Positions 1-6,350 of a DNA stretch of 7,271 bases are shown here, piece by piece. A program made the translations under genes and the position numbers. The notes beneath the pieces were generated by a model. It did no database searches and was not told where the DNA came from. It saw only the letters and a program-made list of their open reading frames with translations. The stretch lies in IMG/VR virus record IMGVR_UViG_2548876942_000003, positions 1-7,271 of that record; one strand, 5' to 3'. This DNA comes from a virus (Duplodnaviria > Heunggongvirae > Uroviricota > Caudoviricetes). The first letter of the stretch is position 1. Every line of letters starts with the position of its first letter.

Positions 1-345
1 ATTTTTCTTTCCAAAATCAGACCCCACATTTAATAAGACAGCATGATTTATTAATTATCTAAAAATCTCTGCAATGATATTGTATTACATAAATCTTCAA
101 ATAACATTAATCATTCTATCTTGAAACTTGTCTTAAACAAGATTACCTCTTTACTCTGCTGAGTCAAACAGCCTAGCCCACTCACTTGTATCACTCATCT
201 TTAACATCGCAGCGTAGTTTCTAACTGGAGCATACCGAATATGACCGCTATTAACATTATGCCGTAACTGCATATTTAGATATTGGATTAGGGGCATCGC
301 GCTGACAGAACTCAAATGCGGGCTCTTTGCCGCCCGCCCCCGCAG

Positions 346-389
346 AATCACGCTATCCGACGCAACCAGCTGCGACGGATAGCGTGATT
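346..389. terminator. Strong stem-loop 5 nt beyond the gene A stop codon; possible terminator or RNA-stabilising hairpin
   Basis: Seen in sequence: perfect 14-bp inverted repeat AATCACGCTATCCG (346-359) / CGGATAGCGTGATT (376-389), with an inner 4-bp stem CGCA/TGCG (361-364/371-374) and 6-nt loop. On the + strand it is followed by TTAATTCATTCTTT (moderately T-rich); on the - strand it is followed by G/C-rich sequence, so a U-tract exists only for rightward transcription. Function is inferred. Confidence 0.4.
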
Positions 390-393
390 TAAT

Positions 394-3006
394 TCATTCT
401 TTAGGGTAGCGACCTTCCGCACCCGCCAGCATTTTTTGATATTCCCCGACCGGATCAAACCGCAGGTGCGTGGCATCAATGCCGTGGTTATCCCGTAAAT
501 GTTCCCATAATTTATTCACCGTCCGTGACTCATTAGGTAATTGACGCGTTATCAACTGGCCGCCAGCACTGGCTTGATAAAATTTCCCGCCAATCTCCAG
601 ACGGCTCCCCATTAACAGCGAAACGGCCTGAATCTCTGAAATCTCAACCAAACACAACGCCGCATCAGCCAGCAGACTGGCAACCGCAGGGGCAAGCGCT
701 GCCCGCCTGGCTTTATCAGCCACCGATCTGGCCTCGGTTTTTTCCACGGCAGAACGCCAGGCAACATCTAATTCGCTCCCTGGTTCATAAGGTGATCCGC
801 TGTGCCGCCTTTTGAATGGTGCTTCACGTAGTCGCCGTATCAATTTGCGCCGCGTTGGCTGGTCCATATTTTCAAAATCGACGATTTCCTCTTCTGATTC
901 TTCTGTAATACCCTCCACACCAGGCGAAAAATCGGTGATTTTTTCGTCTTCCGTAGAGTTATTGACAGAACTCCAAGCGTCGCCGGTTGGCGACGGCAAA
1001 AGGTCAACCCCCAAACCGGGGCCGCTTTTGGCCCCAGTGACGGTTTTGGATTTGGCTCGAATTTTCCACTTAACCAGACGGGTGCAAATACGGGAGGCAT
1101 CCCCCAGACGCGGCGACCAGACCCCGAAAACCTTTTCGGGGATCTCACAATAAGCATTCATTTCATCAGCGGGCTGATAGGCCAGACGTACGACATAGTT
1201 TTCTCGCGGGATCAAAACACCACCCTGGCGGATGATGTAAGTAGCAAAGCATCCGACATCGGCAGCGGCGCAAACCGCATCCATTGCAGGATCCACAAGC
1301 AATGGCGCACCACGTTTGAAGGTACTGTCAATTTTCTGTCGGGTCGTGATCTGATTACTAAGTTTGCGCAGCTCGCGGTAAACCGATATGGGCGGCTGTC
1401 CGATGGGCTGAAACTGGCGGATACGGTGAAGCGATGCCCAGGCCATTGCATATTTGGCGCTTTCATTCAGCGGCTTGCCGCTTTCGTCGTCCAGTTCACC
1501 GGCCAGCGCGTGGCCGTCGATATTCTTCGAAATGTATTTAGCGATGTATGCCGTTGCTGACCCTTTCCGTGGGTCCATTTTTTTTGACTTGAAACGAGCG
1601 CCGGTATTGCGGCCCAGCTCGTCGCGGTCTTCCGCAATGAAGTAGGTGCGAAGGATCGCAACCGTGGCTTTGACTTGCTCTTGTGGCATAAACAGCAACG
1701 CGTGCCAGTGTGGTGTCCCATCGTGATGCGGCTCGGCGACACGGAAGCCATAAGGGCGCAAATCTTCGCGTTTCAGTTTGGCGGTTGCCCGGTTCCACAC
1801 ACGGCATAAATAGCACTGCGCCTGGGCGACGGTGGAATGATTCCATTTGGCGTTATGGTGGCCGGATGCAATATTACTGTGATATTTCGACGGGCAAGTG
1901 ATTGTCAGGAAGATGCCAACATCGCCGCGACTTTGGGCAACAAGCTCAACCCCAGCCATTCGGGCCATAAGCTCATGGCGACGAATAGCCGGGTTTGACG
2001 TGGATTTATTAATCATGTCCTCAAGTGAGGAAACGTTGCCGTCTTCGTCTACCAGTTCATGACTTTTGAAAAAATCCCGGTTTTTACGGCGCTGTTCCTG
2101 CCACTCGATCAGGCTGGAAGCGCTAACGTATGCGTGCGCTTTTTTATTTACCGCGCCAACGGCTCGCAGCTGGTTTTCGCGCCAGTCACAACGCAGGCGC
2201 CAGATTTTGCGCCCCCACCAGTCAGGCGAAGCCATACGCAAAATGGCCGTACATATCCGATCACGTTCCCACGGCGCATACCATGCAGGCGGCACAATGC
2301 GAAGCGCCAGCATTTCGCGGCCCAGATGACAATAAAGCCAGTCCAGTTCTTCGACGTTCATGTCGGAAACATTCTGTCCCAGGGCTTCGCATTCCGTCCC
2401 CAGCATTTCAGCCATGCGGCTGGCGATCTCATTAGCGGCGCTTAGTGCTTCCCGCTTTGTGAAATCAGCCAGCCGTTGCCAGCGCCCGAACCAGTACGCG
2501 GCCAGTTCGCCGGTGATATCAGGCGAAACACCTTGCCTTGTGCGCACAACATCAAGACGCAGCAATGATTTTTTCACTGTCCCCATAAGAAAATCATTGG
2601 TGTGTCTGGTTTCACGGTTGACCCGTAACCACTCAATTTTTTTACGCCAGACTTCACGAATGAAGAACGGCTCTGATAATAAACGTGCTTCGACACCTTC
2701 TGGCGTATTGGCCCAGGCTGCCGCCGTGGCTTTAGCGGCTTCCATTTCTTGCCGGATTATATTTTGATGGGCGGCCAGTGGCAGGCCGCATGGTTCGTAC
2801 CTGTCCAGCGCCTGGATGAGCGCATCACGGTCACGAACTTCGGCGGGATTGTAACCGGCACGTTTGAAGATGTGATCGATATGTTTTTTTACGGCAGGAT
2901 GATGCGCCACCGCCCCAGCAAGCGGGGCGATTTTTTTCGGTTCATAGATGTACGGGCCAACAGCTGGACGCGGTGCGTTCCAAGGCCATGCGAAAGCGTT
3001 AGTCAT
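394..3006 (-). CDS. A: Phage replication initiation endonuclease gpA (HUH rolling-circle initiator, P2 gene A family)
   Basis: 870-codon ORF with ATG at 3006-3004 and TGA at 396-394. The translation contains a HUH-type metal-binding motif (PHWHALLF, encoded about 1700-1713) and a paired-tyrosine active-site motif (YIAKYISK, encoded about 1534-1548) of the phiX174 gpA / P2 gpA type. Position at the end of the cox-led early operon matches P2 gene order. The ORF is longer than the P2 gpA length I recall (about 760 aa), so the exact start is less certain than the identity. Confidence 0.9.
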   Translation of the reverse strand: MTNAFAWPWNAPRPAVGPYIYEPKKIAPLAGAVAHHPAVKKHIDHIFKRAGYNPAEVRDRDALIQALDRYEPCGLPLAAHQNIIRQEMEAAKATAAAWANTPEGVEARLLSEPFFIREVWRKKIEWLRVNRETRHTNDFLMGTVKKSLLRLDVVRTRQGVSPDITGELAAYWFGRWQRLADFTKREALSAANEIASRMAEMLGTECEALGQNVSDMNVEELDWLYCHLGREMLALRIVPPAWYAPWERDRICTAILRMASPDWWGRKIWRLRCDWRENQLRAVGAVNKKAHAYVSASSLIEWQEQRRKNRDFFKSHELVDEDGNVSSLEDMINKSTSNPAIRRHELMARMAGVELVAQSRGDVGIFLTITCPSKYHSNIASGHHNAKWNHSTVAQAQCYLCRVWNRATAKLKREDLRPYGFRVAEPHHDGTPHWHALLFMPQEQVKATVAILRTYFIAEDRDELGRNTGARFKSKKMDPRKGSATAYIAKYISKNIDGHALAGELDDESGKPLNESAKYAMAWASLHRIRQFQPIGQPPISVYRELRKLSNQITTRQKIDSTFKRGAPLLVDPAMDAVCAAADVGCFATYIIRQGGVLIPRENYVVRLAYQPADEMNAYCEIPEKVFGVWSPRLGDASRICTRLVKWKIRAKSKTVTGAKSGPGLGVDLLPSPTGDAWSSVNNSTEDEKITDFSPGVEGITEESEEEIVDFENMDQPTRRKLIRRLREAPFKRRHSGSPYEPGSELDVAWRSAVEKTEARSVADKARRAALAPAVASLLADAALCLVEISEIQAVSLLMGSRLEIGGKFYQASAGGQLITRQLPNESRTVNKLWEHLRDNHGIDATHLRFDPVGEYQKMLAGAEGRYPKE

Positions 3007-3893
3007 TCACATATGCCCGTAGAAGTCGCAACCTTGAGAATACCGATCACCTCACTGGCGGCCCCTCGGGTAATGGCGTTCGCGCTGACAGAACGGTTAA
3101 CGCTAATTTCCTGGAAGTTGAAAGAGCGATAAATCTCGCAGGTGGCTGGGGTGTCGCTATTGGACAGGATCACCGGCGAACCAGTAAGGCGGTTAATATC
3201 CAGCAGAGCGGCAGCTAACTGGCGATGCTCTTTAATCCCAAACGGGGCGGTGTGGTATTGGGTGAAATTAGCGGTTTCGCTTGTTGGCAGGTATGGCGGA
3301 TCGCAATAGATAACCGCGTCACTACCAATCATGATTTTTAACGTGCTCTGGAAATCGCAGCACACGAAAATAGCTTTCGTGTCGTTAGCTTTTTCAGAGA
3401 ATAAACGGATTTGTTCTTCCGGGAAGTAAAGCGGGGTTTTGTGACGCCCAAAGGGAACGTTATATCCACCCTGTTGGTTGTAGCGTACTACGCCGTTATA
3501 TCCGTGACGGTTCAGGTAAAGAAATTGTGCTGCACGAAGAATCTTGCCCGCGTCCGGCCCATCTTCAAACACACTGCGCAATGACAGTAGGTCACGGGCG
3601 CGGGCGTTGAAATCATCGCGGATCCACTTATAGCCGTCTTTATCGCCGTACACTTTAAACAGTGGGCGAGCAGCGTCGATCACCGCATCAGGCCAGCGGG
3701 TTATCTGGCGATACAGGTTAATTAAATCTGGGTTGATATCACCCAGGATATAACGGCGATATTCAGTATTGAGGAAAACAGAAGCACCGCCGACAAACGG
3801 TTCCACCAGGCAATCGGCTTTCGGCAGAATCGGCAGCAAATCAGGCATAACGCGGCCTTTACCACCGGGCCATTTAACGAGAGATCGAATCAT
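3003..3893 (-). CDS. dam: DNA adenine methyltransferase, Dam family (N6-adenine, likely GATC-specific)
   Basis: 296-aa ORF with ATG at 3893-3891. N-terminal WPGGK motif, SAM-binding EPFVGGASVF (FxGxG) and catalytic DPPY motif (VIYCDPPYLPTS), plus extended similarity to E. coli Dam as recalled from memory. Shine-Dalgarno GGAGAAAG lies upstream. The stop codon overlaps the gene A start (ATGA, 3003-3006), implying translational coupling. GATC specificity is inferred from family membership. Confidence 0.9.
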   Translation of the reverse strand: MIRSLVKWPGGKGRVMPDLLPILPKADCLVEPFVGGASVFLNTEYRRYILGDINPDLINLYRQITRWPDAVIDAARPLFKVYGDKDGYKWIRDDFNARARDLLSLRSVFEDGPDAGKILRAAQFLYLNRHGYNGVVRYNQQGGYNVPFGRHKTPLYFPEEQIRLFSEKANDTKAIFVCCDFQSTLKIMIGSDAVIYCDPPYLPTSETANFTQYHTAPFGIKEHRQLAAALLDINRLTGSPVILSNSDTPATCEIYRSFNFQEISVNRSVSANAITRGAASEVIGILKVATSTGICE

Positions 3894-3963
3894 TTTTACT
3901 TTCTCCAGGGTGCAAGAAGCCCGACGCGTTAGCGCCTGTTTCTTTTTTGTGGGTAGTTAGTTG

Positions 3964-4353
3964 TTAATTTACTGCGTTATCTGGCGCGGGTGGTTTGTCG
4001 CGTATCGCCTGAATTTCGGCGCGTGGTGCGGCGTAGTCCTCAAATTCCCACGGCATTGATGCTGCAAATTCGGAAAGGCGCTTAATGCCCATCAAAAGGC
4101 ACGTTTGCTCCTTTTCGGTTAGATTTTCGTAAGTACAACCCAGCTGTTTGGCGGTCAGCTTCGGCATTCCGGCTATGTATCTGGACGCATCGTTTGCCAG
4201 GATGAAAATCACCTTTTTACAGGCATCATCCAGGCGGTTAAAACGGGTTGCAGTGTCGTTCACGCGTGAGACGTTCAAACTTGCTTGCAGTCGAGCCCGT
4301 TGCTCTAAGAACTGGCGACGGCCTGGCTGTTGTCCTGTCTTATCCATCAACAT
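3964..4353 (-). CDS. Hypothetical early-operon protein (about 129 aa), function unknown
   Basis: ORF in the early-operon orientation. The ORF track begins at a GTG (4359); I prefer the ATG at 4353-4351, which is preceded by GGGGAGGTGG with good spacing. Tightly packed, 15 nt after the stop of the upstream ORF. No motif I can recognise. Confidence 0.55.
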   Translation of the reverse strand: MLMDKTGQQPGRRQFLEQRARLQASLNVSRVNDTATRFNRLDDACKKVIFILANDASRYIAGMPKLTAKQLGCTYENLTEKEQTCLLMGIKRLSEFAASMPWEFEDYAAPRAEIQAIRDKPPAPDNAVN

Positions 4354-4368
4354 AACCACCTCCCCGAA

Positions 4369-4662
4369 CTACGCAAAGATGCCCATTAAGCGGGAAAACC
4401 AGCGGCGCTTATTACGCGGGCGCGACATAAACGGTACACGGCAGTTTTTAACAAATTGAACATCTGCCGCTTTAGGCTGGAAGAACCGCCCGTCCGGGGT
4501 TTCAATCCAGCCGCGTTGATGCTGACGGTGGGTGATCTGCTGGCCGTGGGTGAGCAGGCTGGCGAGTGAAGGGCACTGTGTTAAGTCCATGTTGATCTCC
4601 GTCATATTGAAAAGATGCCGGGATATAACCCCACGCCCGGCACGTGTTTCCTGTGATAACAT
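4369..4662 (-). CDS. Hypothetical small early-operon protein (97 aa from ATG 4662; alternatively 73 aa from ATG 4590)
   Basis: ORF in the early-operon orientation. The ATG at 4662 has only a weak AGG upstream; the internal in-frame ATG at 4590-4588 is preceded by GGAG with a 6-nt spacer and may be the true start. Basic, Arg-rich C-terminus (RPRNKRRWFSR). No recognisable domain. Confidence 0.45.
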   Translation of the reverse strand: MLSQETRAGRGVISRHLFNMTEINMDLTQCPSLASLLTHGQQITHRQHQRGWIETPDGRFFQPKAADVQFVKNCRVPFMSRPRNKRRWFSRLMGIFA

Positions 4663-4728
4663 CGCTATGCCTGTGTAACTTTGAGCAGTGAATCAGGCAT
4701 AACAATCACCAACACAGAAGGAGTTGTA

Positions 4729-5208
4729 ATGAAATTCAATGTGTTTTTTAAAAAAGACCACGGATCACACTGGGTACTTTCCGATGGTTCCCCCCTCTTT
4801 GAAAGTCCACTATTTGAAACAAGACCTAAAGCCATTGATGACCTTGAGAACTTTGTAGGCCTTATGGAATCGCCAATTTTTATTAAGGCTGGTGACGATA
4901 TTAATTCTGGCGATACAGAAAACTGTCCATCTGTAGTTATTTCTTTAAAACAGCATGAATCGCTATGGGGCTGGGAGTTATTTATCTCAAAAAATGGACA
5001 ACTGTCTAAAGTTACCGAAAGTTCAGGTAATGGCTTTGACTCATTAGAATTAGCAAAGCAAAGTGCCCAGTTTTTTATTAATGCCATTATCGACGCTCCT
5101 ATTCTGGATCAAGCCGATGTCGCTATCCCCGGTATGCACTTCTCAAAATCTTTCGAGGAAACGCACCACATTGGTGACATTCACCCATCCAGTAAATGGT
5201 TCAAATAA
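4729..5208 (+). CDS. Moron-like protein with tandem YegP/DUF1508-like repeats (159 aa), encoded antisense to the early operon
   Basis: The track ORF 4681-5208 starts at TTG; the in-frame ATG at 4729 is preceded by a strong Shine-Dalgarno (GAAGGAG, 6-nt spacer). The region is visibly AT-rich (about 37-40% G+C by hand count of a sample) versus more than 50% in A and dam. The translation shows two repeats whose hydrophobic pattern resembles the YegP/DUF1508 repeat as I recall it (KFNVFFKKDHGSHWVLSDGSPLFESP...AIDDLENFV and WGWELFISKNGQLSKVTESSGNGFDSLELAKQSAQFFINAI). The family assignment is from memory, not a search. Confidence 0.55.
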   Translation: MKFNVFFKKDHGSHWVLSDGSPLFESPLFETRPKAIDDLENFVGLMESPIFIKAGDDINSGDTENCPSVVISLKQHESLWGWELFISKNGQLSKVTESSGNGFDSLELAKQSAQFFINAIIDAPILDQADVAIPGMHFSKSFEETHHIGDIHPSSKWFK

Positions 5209-5212
5209 TCCA

Positions 5213-5560
5213 TCACTGCGGCGTTATCGTTTTTCTTGTGCGAGGTGGAACATCTCGCACGGTTTCTTCATCAACCATCAACTCATAAATTCTGATGCTG
5301 TTATCACCGTTTGATACGTCATCAAATACCTGAAAAAGAAAACTCATGAACTGCTCATAAGTGACGCTAGGTTCAACATACCCACCAGTAACCTCAATTA
5401 ACGGTGTTAGCCCTGAATTATCTGCTAAAGAAACGCAGTCCAACTTATCCAAACGGAAAAAGTAATTACCGCAAGGCGTTCTTTTGTCCTTAATCCGTAT
5501 AAATACATTTGATAACGCTGTATGACTATCTGAGAGCTTAAAGATTTTTGCCGTGTCCAT
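5213..5560 (-). CDS. Hypothetical AT-rich early protein (115 aa) immediately downstream of cox
   Basis: ORF with ATG at 5560-5558, 22 nt after the cox stop codon, same strand as the early operon. AT-rich like the neighbouring plus-strand gene. No recognisable domain, signal peptide or transmembrane segment in the translation. Its stop (5213-5215) lies 4 bp from the stop of the convergent plus-strand gene. Confidence 0.5.
   Translation of the reverse strand: MDTAKIFKLSDSHTALSNVFIRIKDKRTPCGNYFFRLDKLDCVSLADNSGLTPLIEVTGGYVEPSVTYEQFMSFLFQVFDDVSNGDNSIRIYELMVDEETVRDVPPRTRKTITPQ
5238..5268 (+). terminator. Candidate intrinsic terminator for the plus-strand moron gene
   Basis: 7-bp GC-rich inverted repeat GTGCGAG (5238-5244) / CTCGCAC (5254-5260) with a 9-nt loop, followed by GGTTTCTT. 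It begins 30 nt after the TAA of the 4729-5208 gene. A T-tract is present only on the + strand. Short stem and interrupted T-run, so weak. Confidence 0.3.
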
Positions 5561-5582
5561 TTTATTCAGCCCTGTAAGTTGC

Positions 5583-5858
5583 TTATGATGGATTGCCCAG
5601 ACCCAACCACATTAACCACCCTTCCCTAATTTCCTTGGGACGACTCTCATACGCCATTTTCATTCCGTTGTTCCAGGCTGGGAGGTAGACCCAGTACTCA
5701 CCTGCCCGCCCTGAAGTTGATTGCGGATCAGTCATCTCAACTACGGGTAGCTTTCCTTTTTCAATCATTCCCCTTACTGCTGCCGGTGTTTTGCCGATCA
5801 GTTTTGCAAACTCCTGGTACGGGACAGCATCACTAATACTGACAACTTGTTTGCTCAT
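5583..5858 (-). CDS. cox: Cox-type excisionase / lytic-switch repressor of Pc (P2 Cox family)
   Basis: 91-aa ORF, the same length as P2 Cox, with close similarity to the P2 Cox sequence as recalled (PYQEFAKLIGK...GKLPV..MTDPQS.SGRAGEYWVYLPAWNNG...YESRPKEIR.GWLMWLGLG). Shine-Dalgarno GAGGT lies 7 nt upstream of the ATG at 5858. Divergent from the C repressor gene, as in P2. Confidence 0.9.
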   Translation of the reverse strand: MSKQVVSISDAVPYQEFAKLIGKTPAAVRGMIEKGKLPVVEMTDPQSTSGRAGEYWVYLPAWNNGMKMAYESRPKEIREGWLMWLGLGNPS

Positions 5859-5981
5859 CTGCTAACCTCGTATCTAGATCTAACCAATGGGTTTCAAAGT
5901 TCTTTAATGGGCTTTGATGCACATTGACAACATCTAAAACCACATTAGAGAGTTTCGATAATATTAGAGGATCTTGATAAC
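5859..5981. promoter_or_regulatory. cox-C divergent intergenic switch region (Pe/Pc, operator region)
   Basis: 123-bp spacer between the divergent cox and C start codons. Besides the Pe elements it contains a plus-strand perfect TTGACA (5924-5929), a plus-strand TTTAAT (5903-5908) that could serve as the Pc -10 in a face-to-face arrangement, overlapping palindromes ATCTAGAT / TAGATCTA (5873-5883) that include a GATC, and one Cox-box-like TTAAAG on the minus strand (about 5902-5907). Pc cannot be placed uniquely from sequence alone. Confidence 0.6.
5944..5969. promoter_or_regulatory. Direct repeats ATTAGAG flanking the Pe -10 region; candidate C-repressor operator half-sites
   Basis: ATTAGAG occurs at 5944-5950 and 5963-5969 (extended ATTAGAGAG / ATTAGAGGA), 19 bp apart. 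One copy overlaps the candidate Pe -10 and the other lies just downstream of the predicted start. P2 C is known to bind direct repeats flanking the Pe -10; the assignment here is by analogy. Confidence 0.4.
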
Positions 5982-5988
5982 ATGTCAA
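5954..5988 (-). promoter_or_regulatory. Candidate early promoter Pe (sigma70-type) driving cox and the early operon
   Basis: Seen in sequence on the minus strand: perfect -35 TTGACA (plus-strand TGTCAA, 5983-5988, overlapping the first codons of C), a 16-bp spacer, and -10 TAATAT (plus-strand ATATTA, 5961-5966). Predicted start is near 5954, giving a leader of about 95 nt to the cox ATG. A GATC (5970-5973) sits in the spacer. Assignment as Pe is by analogy to the P2 switch. Confidence 0.5.
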
Positions 5989-6281
5989 CGCCCATAAGCG
6001 AAAAACTAGCGTTAGTTCGTGAGTCTGAGCGACTAAACCGGAAGCAATTCGCTGAAATAACAGGAGTTCCTTACAGTTCTCTAACTTATTATGAGAGCGG
6101 AAGAACTACGCCCCCCACTGACGTAACAATGAAAATTCTCCAGCACCCCAGATTTAGCAAATACACGTTGTGGTTTATGACCGATCAGGTTGCTCCCGAA
6201 GCCGGTCAGATAGCACCGGCCCTCGCACACTTTGGGCAAGATGTAACAACATCGCAGCACTCAGACCAAAAGATTGGTTAA
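5982..6281 (+). CDS. C: Immunity repressor C (P2 C family, 99 aa)
   Basis: 99-aa ORF, the same length as P2 C, with strong similarity to P2 C as recalled (ISEK..L.R.SE.L.R.Q.A..TGVPY..L.YYESGR.TPPTDV.M.ILQ.P.F.KYTLWFMT.Q.APE.GQIAPALAHFGQ). Shine-Dalgarno AGAGGA upstream. Divergent from cox and followed by int, as in P2. Confidence 0.9.
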   Translation: MSTPISEKLALVRESERLNRKQFAEITGVPYSSLTYYESGRTTPPTDVTMKILQHPRFSKYTLWFMTDQVAPEAGQIAPALAHFGQDVTTSQHSDQKIG

Positions 6282-6318
6282 CCATTCACCAGGCGCATCT
6301 TTATTACAAAATTTGTTT

Positions 6319-6350
6319 ACTTGTTGCCAAATACAACAAGCACAACAAGT
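6319..6350 (+). repeat. Inverted plus direct repeats in the C-int spacer (possible attenuator or protein-binding site)
   Basis: ACTTGTTG (6319-6326) is the reverse complement of CAACAAGT (6343-6350), an 8-bp stem with a 16-nt loop. ACAACAAG is directly repeated at 6333-6340 and 6342-6349. Followed by a short TTTGTG. Lies in the 145-bp A/C-rich spacer between C and int. Confidence 0.3.

Noticed and set aside
151-351. 66-aa minus-strand ORF in the flank beyond gene A
   Set aside because: Its start is a GTG buried in the stem of the 346-389 hairpin, with no Shine-Dalgarno and a low-complexity translation; most likely non-coding. Not excluded as a small protein.
812-2767. Multiple ORFs nested in or antisense to gene A on both strands (e.g. 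812-1153 +, 840-1157 -, 1212-1466 -, 1538-1846 -, 2059-2445 +, 2360-2767 +)
   Set aside because: All overlap the long, motif-supported gpA reading frame. Their translations are Arg/Ser/Pro-rich, typical of off-frame or antisense reading of GC-rich coding DNA.
3769-3960. 63-aa plus-strand ORF overlapping the dam start region
   Set aside because: Antisense to the well-supported dam gene and its ribosome-binding site; no independent signals.
4665-5087. 140-aa minus-strand ORF overlapping the plus-strand moron gene
   Set aside because: It has a plausible AGGAG upstream, but the translation is very serine-rich and low-complexity, whereas the plus-strand frame has balanced composition, repeat structure and a stronger ribosome-binding site. 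Kept only as an alternative to test.
5063-5314. 83-aa plus-strand ORF spanning the junction between the two convergent cargo genes
   Set aside because: Overlaps the ends of both better-supported ORFs and has no start signals.
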